A stretch of 64,000 bases of DNA from contig LSRY02000003.1 of assembly GCA_001643675.2 (NCBI GenBank), positions 1,426,001-1,490,000 of the forward strand, in the 5' to 3' direction. The stretch is from Monocercomonoides exilis PA203 (lineage: Eukaryota; Protista; Preaxostyla). Positions within the stretch are counted from its first letter, which is position 1; each line of letters starts with the position of its first letter. A program made the translations under genes and the position numbers. A model generated the notes under the pieces. That model searched no databases, was not told where the DNA came from, and was given only the letters and a program-made list of their open reading frames with translations. Positions 1 through 12,547 of the stretch are shown here, piece by piece.

Positions 1-213
1 TTTTTTTCTCATTTCATAATGATGAAGCTTTTATACAAATACAAAATAGAATAATTATTTTTGATGAAAATTATATATATATGTTTGTATTTAATTATAA
101 AAATAGTTTTTCATTGAAAGTGTTGTTATCAGTTCATCAGACATTATTTCGAAAATATACATTATTAGGTTTAGATCAGAATAAAAATTTATATTTCGCG
201 TAACTGCGTAAAT

Positions 214-3200
214 ATGGCTGATCTGAAATGCATACAATTTTTAGCCAGCTCACAAGATTATTGCGTTGATCCTATTTTTACTGAGGATTCTCAATTTATT
301 TTATCAGCGCAGGGAAATCAAATCGCAGTAATTTCGGTTTCAACTGGTGAAATAGTTTCCTTTCTGCGTGGCCATACCGAATTAGTTACAGGAGTGCATA
401 TCTCGCCGTTTAATTCTGAAGAAATTATTTCATCTTCACTTGATGGTACTTTACGGTTTTGGAATGTAAAAACATCAAAAATGGTTTCTATGTTTCGTGT
501 TGGAATGCCTATACGCTCTTTTGTTCCTTCACAGGCAACTAAAAAGATATTTGTTGTTCTTCAACGAGCATGGAATCAGCAGATTTTTTCAAGCTTTGAC
601 TTAAAATTCAGTTCCATTTCATTTTTGCTCCTTGGGTCCAGCTTTTCACCTTTATCAAGCAACAGTTCAGGGACCATTGTCGGAGTAGCAACTACAAAAA
701 TTATATTTTTATATCATGCATTGGAACGTTTTTATAGTGTCATCGCACAAATTTCGAAAGCATTTCCTTTCACTGCATTTGCAATTGACGACGATGGTAA
801 TGTGGTGGCCGTTGGTAACTCAATTGGGAAAATGAGCATTTATCCCCGTAATACATGGAAGCGTCTTTTCTTTCTCGGGCACAGCGAACAAGTCCTTGAT
901 GTTAATAATATTAGTATTGCAAACTCAATTCCTTCACATGTTGCACAAGCTAAAGTTTTGGGAATTTCTATCCCGCAAAGTACTGTTCATTGGCATGATA
1001 ATGCCATTCGATCCATGTCGTTTATGAGAGGAGGAGACATTTTGGCTTCAGTGGCAAATGGGTCTTCTCTTGCTTTATGGACGGTGGCTGGAATGCAACG
1101 ATCTGTCATCCCTCGTCTTCCTCATCGACTTGTTGGTGTGGCAGTGTCTCCTGATGGAAGAAGGATTGCAGTGAAAAGTCGCGGGGGTGAAGACGGGCCA
1201 GGCTCACTGTCTGTTGTTGATGTCATGCTCGGCGTTGTTGGTGTGAGAGTGGATGGGCTTTCATGGCAAAAGAGAGAAAGTCAAGGAGCATTGTGCGATG
1301 TTGAAAAGATCATCGAAAGCACAGAAGAATCTGCTTCTGGTGCGAATCAAACTTCAAAATCAACAAAAGAAAATATAGAAAGTCGTCCAATGAAGTTTTA
1401 TCCGTGGAAGTTTCCTGTCAACACTGAATCAGCCTTCTCAACTCTTTCATCTGTTTTTCCTCCTCCAATATTTGTGAAGCATCCTCCTCTTATCCCTGCT
1501 GAGGCATCGAATCAAATATCCCTATCATCATCATCATCATCATCATCATCTTCTTCTTCTTCTTCTATTTCTTCAGTTCTTCAACACTATTCATCCCATC
1601 TTCCTTCCACACACATCCTTCTCTGTGCCAACAGAAGCCGTCTGATCTCCTTCGATCTCCTTGCCCTCACACCCACAAACGCAGCTATGTCTATTCTTCC
1701 TGACGCTGTTGAAGTGAGAGAAGGCAAAGAAAGCACCATCGAAGCAGCATGTGTGCTGAGTGACGGGCAGACGCTGGTTGTGGCAGAGCGAAAGAAGAAG
1801 CTGTGGGAAATGAAGCCAACGAACACCGTGCGCTACGAAACGAAGAAAGGAGAATATTTGACCGGTCTGACAAGAGAGTATTTTGAGAAAGAACTGAAAA
1901 AGACAGCGGAGACACTGTTTTTACCAGGAAACAGGGCAGAAAAGAGAACAATGCTTCAAGCATTGGCATCATCCTCGTCTTCCTCCTCCTCCTCCTCCTC
2001 CTCTTCCTTTTCATCCTTTGATCCTGATTCAGCCTCATCTTTGTCTGCTGCATCCATCGCAGAACTTGTGAAAGTGTCTAATCCCAAAGGGCACATCGAC
2101 ATCTCCATTGATGGCTTCGATCCACTTGAGCGTGATCATTATGCACTTCATTTCTGGGAGCTGCAGTCGACGTCGCACAACTCTGACTCAACATCTGCCT
2201 CGTCTCTGTCGCAGCTGCATATGTTCCGCCCTCACACTGTAGTGGACACGCCACACTCAGCCGCATTCACTGCACTGGTGGCACATCCTTCTCTTCCGCT
2301 GGTTGTGTCGTGCTCGGGTGATGCTTCATTCAAAGTATGGGAGAAGAAACAGCCGAGAGAAGAGAAGGAAGGGCAGGTTATTTCCCTGCTGAACGAATCA
2401 GGAATGAAAAAGAACAAACCGAAAGCAAATCCCAACCAGATTACCAGGGGTGTGCAGCAGACTGAGTTCAGCTGGCTTTGCGTTTCATCTCGGCAGATGG
2501 AAGCAGACGCCATTGACGCAGCAGCATATTCTCCAGACGGGACGACTTTGGCTGTCTCAGCAGATCACACGTACTTTTTGTTCACTTCACGAGGAGAAGA
2601 GCAGATTGCTGCAATTAGTCTGCCTCTCAGAGACATCGAGCCGTTTGAGATGTGCACTTCAAGTGCGAATAAAAAGAGTGATGTTGCAATGAATAATCCG
2701 AAAGAATCCACATCGAGCGAATCCAAAGAGCAGTTGCCCGGGCCGCTGTCATCTTCTGAAAATTCAACAGATAAATCTGCTTCTGCAAAGAAAGATTCAG
2801 CAAAACAAAACGCTTCAAAGAGACTCCACATAAAAATTCGCCTTCCGCCCATTCGACATGGCCTTTCTTTTGTGTGTGGAACAAGACTGTGTTTGGTGGA
2901 GACAACAGCGATAGGGTTGTTTTGTGTGGATGTTGAGAAGAAGAAGCTGAAATGGATGAAAAAAGGAAGATTTTCTCATCTTGCAGTTGATGGCACATTA
3001 ATCTCAATCTCAGAACAGAAGAATGAAAATGCATCTTCGAAGAAGCAAGGGTCTCAATCAAAAGATTTGTACTTCTCTTCTTTGTTTGCAGCTGTTCTGG
3101 AGCACAAAGAGAGCATGCTTCCAATTGTGCCTCTGCAGGCTGGTTCAAATACTCTGCCAGCCAGTAAATATATGCGTTCTTATCAAGTTCCTCCAGCACC

Positions 3201-4314
3201 TACTTACCCAGCGTGCTGCAAAGAGGTTTCCAACAACTCTGAGCTGATGGTCTTCTCCACACTCTCACCAGAGCCACTGGTGTCTGTGAAGCTTGCCTCG
3301 ACTGTGGATGACATCTCGTTTGTGGCTCCGCTTTCTGCATCTTTTGCAGACGGCTCTTCGAAAAAGGAGGAGAAGTTGGTGTCTGCTGAATGGGCAGGAA
3401 TAGAAGGAGTGAATGATCTACTTGTAGCAACAGAGAAGAAGGAGATTCTGCGGGTGAAGTTGGCTCCTCTTCTGAAAGCAACACTGTTGGAAACAAAGTC
3501 AAATGAAGCTGACTCATCACAGAAATGTATTCAAGCAGATTACAGCACGAGTGTCCCAAGGAAATTTGAAGCCAAGAAACAAGCACAAAGCACTATCAAG
3601 AATGAGGAGGGAGACGATGCTTCTTCTTCAGTACAACAACAACAGCAGCAGCAAATTGCTTCCAAAGCAGAAAGCGTTCTGGGTCCACTTGCTGTCACGA
3701 AGATTGCATCAACTGAAAATCAAAATAAAACAGAGACGCCAATCAAAGTTAACAGACAATCGCAAAGACAGAGCCAACTATCAGCTGCTTTCCAGACAGA
3801 TTCGCAAAATCAGTTGAGCTCTTCACAGAAGCGTTCACGCGATAAAGGCAAGAACCGCAAGCAGCGCTCCTTGTCTGATGTGCCAATGCCACTGGAAGCA
3901 ATGCAGAAGGCGATGGAGAAGGAAAGTGAAGGTGAGAAAGAAATAGATGAAAGGCCGAGCTTACTGGAGTCGATGTTGCATTCAGCTATGGATGGAAAGG
4001 AAGAAGTGGAAGAGATGAGAAAGACAGCAAGACGGGAGAAGGAAGAACAAAGCAAAATAAGCAAAGGAAAAGACATCACCGGAGAAGAAGAGGAAGAGGG
4101 AGAAGAAGATGAAGAAGAGATGAGTCCAATGAGCCCACTCTCAGATTCTGGCTCTGAAGCTGCGATGGAGTATGAGCCGCCGAAAAATGAGAGGTCTGCA
4201 CAGCATTCGATTGATGCTGCATTGGAACCTCTTCTTCATTTGGACGAAGAAGCCACTAACATCCTCACTACTCCTGATAAGCTTATCGAAATGTCCAATT
4301 TCTTATCTTCATGA
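214..4314 (+). CDS. WDR75: WD40-repeat protein, WDR75/Utp17(Nan1)-like SSU processome subunit, intronless, with Ser-rich insertions
   Basis: 1366-aa ORF. N-terminal WD repeats (LRGHTELVTGV..ISSSLDGTLRFWNV), the 'VHWH..AIRSMSF', 'LWTV...RSVIPRL' and 'TPHS..FTAL...VVSCSGDASFKVWE' segments, and an acidic C-terminus resemble WDR75. Confidence 0.7.
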   Translation: MADLKCIQFLASSQDYCVDPIFTEDSQFILSAQGNQIAVISVSTGEIVSFLRGHTELVTGVHISPFNSEEIISSSLDGTLRFWNVKTSKMVSMFRVGMPIRSFVPSQATKKIFVVLQRAWNQQIFSSFDLKFSSISFLLLGSSFSPLSSNSSGTIVGVATTKIIFLYHALERFYSVIAQISKAFPFTAFAIDDDGNVVAVGNSIGKMSIYPRNTWKRLFFLGHSEQVLDVNNISIANSIPSHVAQAKVLGISIPQSTVHWHDNAIRSMSFMRGGDILASVANGSSLALWTVAGMQRSVIPRLPHRLVGVAVSPDGRRIAVKSRGGEDGPGSLSVVDVMLGVVGVRVDGLSWQKRESQGALCDVEKIIESTEESASGANQTSKSTKENIESRPMKFYPWKFPVNTESAFSTLSSVFPPPIFVKHPPLIPAEASNQISLSSSSSSSSSSSSSSISSVLQHYSSHLPSTHILLCANRSRLISFDLLALTPTNAAMSILPDAVEVREGKESTIEAACVLSDGQTLVVAERKKKLWEMKPTNTVRYETKKGEYLTGLTREYFEKELKKTAETLFLPGNRAEKRTMLQALASSSSSSSSSSSSSFSSFDPDSASSLSAASIAELVKVSNPKGHIDISIDGFDPLERDHYALHFWELQSTSHNSDSTSASSLSQLHMFRPHTVVDTPHSAAFTALVAHPSLPLVVSCSGDASFKVWEKKQPREEKEGQVISLLNESGMKKNKPKANPNQITRGVQQTEFSWLCVSSRQMEADAIDAAAYSPDGTTLAVSADHTYFLFTSRGEEQIAAISLPLRDIEPFEMCTSSANKKSDVAMNNPKESTSSESKEQLPGPLSSSENSTDKSASAKKDSAKQNASKRLHIKIRLPPIRHGLSFVCGTRLCLVETTAIGLFCVDVEKKKLKWMKKGRFSHLAVDGTLISISEQKNENASSKKQGSQSKDLYFSSLFAAVLEHKESMLPIVPLQAGSNTLPASKYMRSYQVPPAPTYPACCKEVSNNSELMVFSTLSPEPLVSVKLASTVDDISFVAPLSASFADGSSKKEEKLVSAEWAGIEGVNDLLVATEKKEILRVKLAPLLKATLLETKSNEADSSQKCIQADYSTSVPRKFEAKKQAQSTIKNEEGDDASSSVQQQQQQQIASKAESVLGPLAVTKIASTENQNKTETPIKVNRQSQRQSQLSAAFQTDSQNQLSSSQKRSRDKGKNRKQRSLSDVPMPLEAMQKAMEKESEGEKEIDERPSLLESMLHSAMDGKEEVEEMRKTARREKEEQSKISKGKDITGEEEEEGEEDEEEMSPMSPLSDSGSEAAMEYEPPKNERSAQHSIDAALEPLLHLDEEATNILTTPDKLIEMSNFLSS

Positions 4315-4545
4315 AAGAACTGGCTTTAACGGAAAATGCTAATGAATTTTCCTTCCTTCTTATGAAATATTTAAAAGACACCTCACAAAATCACTTCAAA
4401 CTAAAATAACTTTTTATTTTTCATATTTTTATGTCATTTCCTCGCAATATAAATTGAAAGGAAATCAAATGGAAACTTTCTTTTTCTTTTTTTTTTTGAA
4501 AGTGAAATGGTGAAGTGTTTTTTTTGGTTATTTCAGAGTGAATAT

Positions 4546-7500
4546 TCAAGGCACTTTGCTTTTTGAGTGAAGGATATTTTCAAGGCCAGCATCGAAGTGG
4601 CTTTGCGTCTATTAAAAATAATTATTAAAAAAATATTATTATCGTTGACAGTAAGTGAAAAAAGAAAAGAAAAGAAAAGAAAAGAAAAATATCATTTTAC
4701 TTTAAAACAACTTCGAATAACTTGCCAAACTACAATCAATTTGTTTTGGTTCTTTTCTATTGCGCTAATTGCTGCTTCAATGCAAAGTCCTTCTATTTCT
4801 GCTCCAGAAAAACCAAAAGTCTTTAATACAAAAATCCATATAGTTAATGCATACGCATTTCAAAAAAAGATGTTAAAATTCTCTCTTTTTCAAAAAAAAA
4901 TAAAAAAAACATACCCTTTTTGCCAAAAGCTCAACATCAACAGCTTCATCATCTCCACAATCCTCTGATGATTCCTTTCCTTTTATTTTCACAGCATCCT
5001 TCATTCTTCTGAGGTACACCTCGAATATTTCCATTCTTTCGCTTTCGTTTGGCAGAGGCACTTCCATTTGGAGATCAAAACGGCCTGGCCGCAGCAGCGC
5101 TGAATCAAGAAGATCCAGCCGATTTGTTGCGGCCTGAAAAAGAAAGAAATATTAAAAAAAAAACATACAATTATTGATTTAAAGTTATTCCAATATAAAA
5201 ATAAACAAAAAGAATCAATATAAAGAAAAAAATGGACGGGTTGAAGCAATATATTAAAATTTGAATTTTGAGTCAATCAAAAAAACATTTTTATTTTTTC
5301 AAAACAAAAATAAAAACAGACCATAACAAGCACCCCATCCAATCTTTCAATTCCGTCCATCTCATTCAAAAGTGTTGTGAGGATTCGATCTCTCACTCCA
5401 TTTCCTGAATAAACAGATTAAAATAATTCATTTGTCAAAGATGAATTCAAAATAACTCTATTAAATATAAACCATCATAATCCCCTCCTCTTTTCCCCAC
5501 CATTGCCTCAATCTCGTCCATAAACAGCAGACACGGCCTCGACAAAAGCGCCCGTCGAAATGTGTCTCTGATAATTTGCTCTGCATCTCCAACGTAGCAG
5601 GAATACACTGTAGCACAAGAAAGAGTGATGAATGTGGCAGACAAGGCATGTGCCGTCGCTTTGACAAGAGTTGTTTTCGCGGTGCCCGGTGGGCCATACA
5701 GAAGCACCCCGCGCGGAGGTGGAATGATGGAAAGAAGTGACGATGCTGCAGAGGAAAACTTCGAAGATGAAATTTGTGAATCATTGAACAATTGAGATTT
5801 TCTTTGTGATGTCGAAGAAGAAAAAGAAGAAGATTCACTCAAAAATCCTTCAGAGTATTGCAAAGGAAAAATAACACTCTCAATGAGAGCCTTTTTCACG
5901 CTGTGTGCTCCTCCTATATCGCTCCACTTGGTCTGTGGTGTGTCTGCAATGTATCCTGTGCCCTGAGCAAGAGAAGGCTGCACAATGGATAATGCGACAA
6001 CAGCATCATCATTCAATATGAGAAGAGGTTGCCTTTCTTCTTCTGAATGACTTGTACTCACAAATGAAGATGCTGAAGAAAATGTTGAATGTTCTTTGTT
6101 CCACTGTCTGAGAATAGATCTTTGTATCATTTCATCTACAAGTTGAATTAGATCTCTTGCAGTGTATCCAGACGTGTTGGCTGCTATCTCATCCAAGTCA
6201 GCCATCTTCTCTTTGTCATCTGATGATTGCAAGATCGTCCCATCAGTGCAGCTCTGCTTTGTGAGATGCTGAGAAAGAAGAGAAGAGAGCAAGGCGTGAC
6301 GTCCAGATATTGTCAAAGACGGAACAATCATCTCCTTGTCAAGGCGCCCCATACGGCGCAGCGCCATGCTCATTGCATTGGGATTTGAAGAAGTTGCAAT
6401 CACCACAACAGAAGGATGGATGATAAGGGGCGGAAGAGGAGAAAACGAAGAAGCAGATGAAGAAGAACGCTCTTGAAATGGTGAAGACAAAGAAACGGAT
6501 GACTGAGTGTAAGCGCCATCGAGAAACGAAAGAATAGTCTGAGAGAGCTGGCAATTCTCAGCAGACAATGAATATGAATCGTTCGCAGGAGCCGATGTGA
6601 CAGATGGGCAAAACTGCTCGATATTCTCAATAAGAAGAATTGTTGGCTGTATCTTCTCGTCCGTGGAGCGGAAAGATGCTTTCCTAAGTACTTCTCTTAA
6701 TCTGGAAAGAGGATTATTTCTTGATAATCCTTCGTTAGACAATGAAAAATATTCATGTTCCTCAGAAGTTGAACGTTGAGTAAAATCTTCATCCTGAAGA
6801 GAAGCAACAAGAATCTTCATCCCAAAATGCTCTGCCACTTTCCTAACGATATGAGTCTTTCCAACACCTGATGGGCCAGTCAGAAGCAGTCCTTTCATTC
6901 TCTTAACTCCCATTGAGCTCATAGTTGTACCTTCATTCATTGCAAAGCTGACAAATTCTGCAACATCCAACGCAACCTCTGGGTGTGCCTCACAACCGCT
7001 TATAAAAGATATTGCGTTTCTGTCAAATGAGTGAAGCTTTTCGAGTGTAGATGATATTGACTCAGAATTGAAAATGGATTGCTTGAGTTCGTCTTTTCTA
7101 AAATGAATGCTCTCATTTTTCTGATTTAAATATGATGGCAAAGATATAACAGTTGAAGGTGTTGGTGAAGGCGAAGAGACTGTTTGCATTTCTTTATGCA
7201 TCGACTTTTTGATTTTTGCAGATTTCATGCTTGTTTTGAATGAAAAAGGTTTTTTAGGCTGTGATTGCTGCTGTTTTGCAGAAACTCCAAGAAATTTCTT
7301 TGGTTGTGGTGTTGATGAAGTTGTTAAAGCAGAACAATTTGATGTTGAAGATGTTGTTTCTTCTTCATTTTGTATAAAGAAACTTGTTGAAAATCCAGCA
7401 CGAATTTGTGGGGTAGAAGGAAAAGTTGAAAGTATTTTTATGTAGAATATCTGGTCTTTGAAAGTAAATGGTCCAATTTCGGTATTTCTTTCAAAAACAA

Positions 7501-7810
7501 ACGAATGAGATATTAATTTAAGAATGTTGCGACATATAAAAGCCTATGTTTTTAATATTATTAAATGATAAAACATACAAAAGAAAGAAAGAAAAACTTT
7601 CAATTCAGCGCATAAAATGCATAGATTTCCTGCAGATTGATCGAATAATTCAATAAATGAAAACTTATCTGCAGAAAAAAAAAACGGAAAATAAAATTGA
7701 CCAGAATTGCATGAGTTTATATGAAATAGCAATTTTTCTGCAGGTACAATTTTTAAATTAATTTTTGATGCTAATGGAAGGGAAAAAACGCTTTTTTCAT
7801 CAATTTCCAT
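4546..7810 (-). CDS. Two-domain AAA+ ATPase, CDC48/AFG2 (SPATA5/SPATA5L1)-like, multi-exon
   Basis: D1 has [13 protein letters not shown] with a degenerate Walker B (LLIENIE) and [10 protein letters not shown]2 has [26 protein letters not shown]. Spliced exons give [32 protein letters not shown] and TFGFSGAEI. Five GT-AG introns inferred by eye; stop TGA at 4546-4548. Confidence 0.85.
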
Positions 7811-7899
7811 GAAATATAATGGGGAAAATTATTGTAAAATGGGCAGAAGAATAAATTGTTTGGAGTGTTTTTGCATATTAACAATAAAGAACTGTTAAT
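7811..7899. promoter_or_regulatory. Putative bidirectional promoter between the AAA ATPase and Tat-SF1 genes
   Basis: Only 89 bp separate the two divergent ATGs (7810 minus, 7900 plus). Confidence 0.55.
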
Positions 7900-10011
7900 A
7901 TGGAAGATCCTCCAATAGAACAATATGATTCAAGTATGGATGAAGAGGAGCGTAAGAAGGAAGAAGCTATTCGTCGATATTTTGCTCAAAATGATCCAGA
8001 AGCTATAGCTGAACGTAAACGTTTACGCGAAGAAGAAAAATTGAAAAAATCGGAAGAGGAATTAATGGAAGAACGAGTATGAGAATAAACTTAGTTTCTC
8101 AACATCTATTAACCATTTTTTAGAAAAGAAGATTGGAAAAAAAAAAGCAAAAAAAACAAGCTAAAAGGGAAGCAGCTAAATTAAATGCTTTGCAATCCGG
8201 AACTTCTGGCCAAAATACAAGTGTTTTCCTTTCTGGTATCCCCAATGATGCAACGTTTGACGATGTGCTATCGTTTCTATCAAAAGGTGGTGCATTTCGG
8301 AGGAACCTTGATGGTATGCGAAGATTAATTGTTTAAAGAACGATAGCACTCGATGTTTAAATAAAGGAAAAGAACGCATAAAACTTTATTTTGACGAAAA
8401 TGGAATTTTTAAAGGAGAAGCTCTTGCACAATACCAGCGACCTGAAAGCTCTGATTTAATCATTGAATTAAGAAATGGAGTAGAGTTTATATATGCAGAT
8501 GGAAGAGTATCTAAAGAGAAGGTTTCAGTGAGTCAAGCACAATTTTCTTCAAAGGAATCATCCGGAAGCGGAGAAGGCAGCAATAAAAAAGAAAGAGTTG
8601 TAGATAGTAAAGAAAAAATAAGGCAAAAGCAAAGAATCAGAAAACTTGAACAAAAGCATGCTTTTTACTGTTAAAATTTTTGCATAGTATTTGATGAAAC
8701 TTATTACTTGTTTTGTTTTTAATCATTTTGACAGAGATCTTGCCTGGACATTGTACGATAATACGCCGTTTGCTCAGCAAAGCCGTCAACTGGAGCCAAA
8801 ACACTTGAGGCGAGTAATCGTTAAGCATGCGTTCACTCGGCTTATGTTTTCTGTATGAAAATATCCTGTTTTTTTTGCAACTTTTGAAAAAATTTAATTG
8901 AATTCTTTATGTTTTCATTGTGTTTTTTTTATCTTTCTTTTTCTTTTCTGAACCATGAAATGATTTGTTTTGAATTATTCCGCAGGAAGAAATGAACATG
9001 AAAGATCGAATTAAGCAAGAGATGATCGCCTTGCTTAGCAAGAAATGGAAGGTGGAATATGTTACAGTCTATGAGGTTTGAGTCAGTTGTGGTTATTCAA
9101 AAAGAAAAAAAGTTGAAATGTCATTCAATTTATTTTTTTCATTCAATTTTTGTGTGTGATATGCGATAAACCTTTGCTCTCATTGACAATTACAGAATCA
9201 TCCAGAATGTATTGTTGCTGTTCTGTTTCAGTCTCAATCTGATGCGCAGAAGGCTGTTGAATATCTTCATCAGGTGGAATTTAACGGGCAGCGTGTGGCT
9301 GCTTCTCTTGAAGACGACAGCACCCGCCGAGAGCGTTTGGAGCAAGAAAACAAACTTGGAGTTGTGTTGGGTGCAGCTTCAAATGATGGAGACACTGAAC
9401 GATATGGAGATGGATCAAATCAAATGGGAGATGCACGTTCTTCTGCAAATATCGGCGCTGATTCATCGTCTTCATCGTTTGACAGTTCGTTGCTGTCGAA
9501 GAGTTTGCAGCAATCTCAAAAGAAAGATCTTCTTTCGATACTTCTTGAAGCAGATGATGAGGAAGAGGAAAGGATGAACGCATTTGGAGACGAACTGGAA
9601 GAAGACGAGGAGGTGAAAACAGACAGCAAGCCTATCAAATTGTCACGTATAGAAGCGGAAGCTATCCCAACCCAAGCTTCTGCGAATGAGATTGTCAACA
9701 ATAGCAATGGGGCCAACAAGTTAGATTTTGAAGCGACAAGAATGAAAAATCTGAATGAAAATGAAGATGAGAGTGAAGAAATATCTTATGATGCTTCGAA
9801 AACCATAACTCTTGATGAGGTTCTAAAAATATCTTCCTCCATGTCAAAAGAGCGCGAAAGGGAGCTTGAAGAAGATTACTTCGATCAACCAGATGAAAGT
9901 GAAGACAATAATTCAACAATTGGAAATGATTCTCCTCCCATTGAAATTGACACATCTCTGCTTGACGCTCTTGTTTCGAAACACACTTCACCAGAAGAAG
10001 ACGATTTTTAG
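7900..10011 (+). CDS. HTATSF1: Tat-SF1/Cus2 U2-associated splicing factor (RRM + UHM, acidic tail), multi-exon
   Basis: Spliced: NTSVFLSGIPNDATFDDV..SKGG..ERIKLYFDENGIFKGEALAQYQRPES..KVSVSQAQF; KLEQKDLAW; RRVIVKHAF; VEYVTVYENHPECIVAVLF..AQKAVEYLHQVEFNGQRVAA; then an acidic tail. Includes a GC-AG intron at 8656-8734. Confidence 0.85.
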
Positions 10012-10264
10012 GGTTTTTGTTTTAATCAATTTGATTTTTTTCGTATTTTCACTTCATTTCGTAAATTAGAAAAAACAAAAAAATGTTTTTTGAGGAAGAT
10101 GGAAAAAAATAACAATTTCAAATTTGTCGAGACAAATTTTTATAGAATATGTAACATAGAAATGAAACACAAATAAATATGTCGTCGACACGGTGATCCA
10201 TAAACTTTTTGAAAACGGAAATGAAAAAAGTTTTATGATCAAAAAAGAATCAAATTATTTTGGG

Positions 10265-10546
10265 CTACGCAATTCCATTGCCAATTCGAAGCATAGAAGA
10301 TAACTTTTGAAGAGCATCTAATTGTTTATCTGCGGACTTTAGGAAATGTTGCCTTGATCGCAGCTTGAGAAACATCATTGAACTCGGCTTTGGTAGCTCT
10401 TCGGCAGGAGGCGCTTGAGGGGTTTCTTCTGCCCAATATGAAGTCCTTGGTGGAGAAGAACTTTGACCACTTGATGGTGAAACTGACGAACGATCCCTAA
10501 ATGATGTTGAACCTGGGAATGAAAAAGGTGATGGTCTGTAGCTCAT
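10265..10546 (-). CDS. Small hypothetical protein (93 aa; Ser/Pro-rich N-terminus, helical C-terminus)
   Basis: ATG-to-TAG ORF with coding-like GC content between AT-rich flanks, divergent from SNRNP40. No recognised homology. Confidence 0.45.
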   Translation of the reverse strand: MSYRPSPFSFPGSTSFRDRSSVSPSSGQSSSPPRTSYWAEETPQAPPAEELPKPSSMMFLKLRSRQHFLKSADKQLDALQKLSSMLRIGNGIA

Positions 10547-10719
10547 GTGAAGTACCCAAGGGTGTTAATGCAGTTTTTGCTATACAAATTTCCTATACTG
10601 TTGATAAACCTGTTAATTTTAATATTTAAGAACCGGATCTTCTGATGCTTAAAAGTCGCAAAAAAGATCTGATCTGATACCTTTACTTATTCGTGGGTGG
10701 AAATAAAAATTGTTTATTC

Positions 10720-12368
10720 ATGGCTTCAAACGAAAAAACATCCATTATTTTAGCACCCGCTGAATCAAAAAAAGATGTTATTCGATATAGTTCACTGAAA
10801 TATCCGACTATTGCATTAAAAGGTGGGCATACTGCAGAAATACTTTCAATTAGTTTTAATCAGGAGGGAAATGTGATTGCAAGCGCGGGATCTGATAAAC
10901 AAATATGTATGTTTTGCTGCTTCATTTTCTATTTCTATTCATCTTCTCTTTTTTCGTCAAGTATTGTGGAACGTTTTTGGTGATTGCGAAAATACACAGG
11001 TTCTTCGTCCTCATTCAAGAGCCATTACAACCATTGCATGGAATGCAAATCAAGAGTTTTTATTTTTAATTACGTTTTAAGTTAATTTGGAGCTATTTCT
11101 TTGAAGTTCAATATTTTCTGCAAGCGCTGATCGTTCAATTTGTCTTTCTGACATAGAAACAGGTGAACTTCTAGATCAATTTGATGGACATGAGGCCATT
11201 GTAAATTCCATAGCCCCTACAAAGAGAACGCCTCTGATGCTTGCAAGTGTTAGTGATGATTCAACTGCAAGGGTTTTTATCTTTTTATTCGAACTTAATA
11301 ATAAACTTTTGCTTCACAAAAATAGATGTGGGACACGCGAACAGAAAAATGTGTTTTTTCAATGGGGATGAAATATCCTATGACGGCTGTTACGACACTG
11401 GAAGATGGAATCACACTTCTGTGCGGAGGAATAGATAATACCATCCATGTATGCCTTTTTGTGATTTATTTGAACTCTTTAAATTTTGCAATTTATGTTT
11501 TTGGTTTCATGTACTTATGTATATGTGATAATTATTTTAATAAATTTTTTTTAAATTATTTATTTATTTCTTCAAAATGTTATCAATTTCAATGCTCAAT
11601 CAAAATTAAACCATTGTGGTTGAATATTTTGATAATGGACTTTTAAAGATGATTGATGTTCGTAATTCTATCGAATTGGAATCGATGGATGGTCATAAAG
11701 ACACAATTACGTCTCTTTCTGTTTCACCTGATGGAAACTTCCTTCTTTCAAATGGTGTGCCATTGCTCATTTATCAGCAAGCACGTTCAACTCTTTTCAC
11801 TTTCAACTAATTTTGTATTTTTATTATTTTCACAAAAGCTATGGACAATACTTTGAAAATTTGGGATGTACGCCCTTTTTCAACAGGCAGCAGATGCAAA
11901 TCAACAATCAGAGGGCATATGGTATCTTCAATTTGAGTTAAAGTTTTTTATTGTTAATCACATATGAAAATAATTATTCTCTTTTTTTCTCTTTCTCTTT
12001 CTTTCTTTCTTTCTTTCTTTCTCGAAACATTTCAGCATAGCACAGAGAAGCGCCTGATGAGGAGCAACTGGATGGCTGATGGCAATGCTGTGGCTGCTGG
12101 AAGCAGCGATGGCACAGTTGTTGTATTTGATGTATCATCCATGGCATCGGCATCTTGGACGCTTTCTACAGACTCTTCTTCTTCTTCTTCTTCTTCTTCC
12201 CTTTCTTCATCCACTCCACAGCCAAAGACACCAACGATTTGGATGCGTCTGCCAGGGCACAAAGGAAGCGTTACTGATGTGATATTTCACCCCACAGAAT
12301 CGATCATTGCTTCTGCTTCTGTTGACAAGCAAGTTATCATTGGTGAATTCAAACCAATGGCTCATTAA
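10720..12368 (+). CDS. SNRNP40: U5 snRNP 40 kDa WD40 protein, 7 exons
   Basis: Spliced: RYSSLKYPTIALKGGHTAEILSISF..IASAGSDKQILLWNVFGDCEN; LLCGGIDNTI; GHKDTITSLSVSPDGNFLLSNAMDNTLKIWDVRPF; HSTEKRLMRSNW; RLPGHKGSVTDVIFHPTESIIASASVDKQVIIGE. Confidence 0.92.
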
Positions 12369-12547
12369 TAGCGTCTCTGTTCTTCTGATCAATTCATTGT
12401 TTTTATTATTTTTCGTTTTTTTTGTGCTTATTTGTTTCTATAAGCACTCGCTAATTTCCATCACTTCACAAATAATGGTGATAAAAAAATGTTTGGATAG
12501 ATTATAAGGAATTATACTCATGTTTATCCTTTATTGTAAATTTAAAA

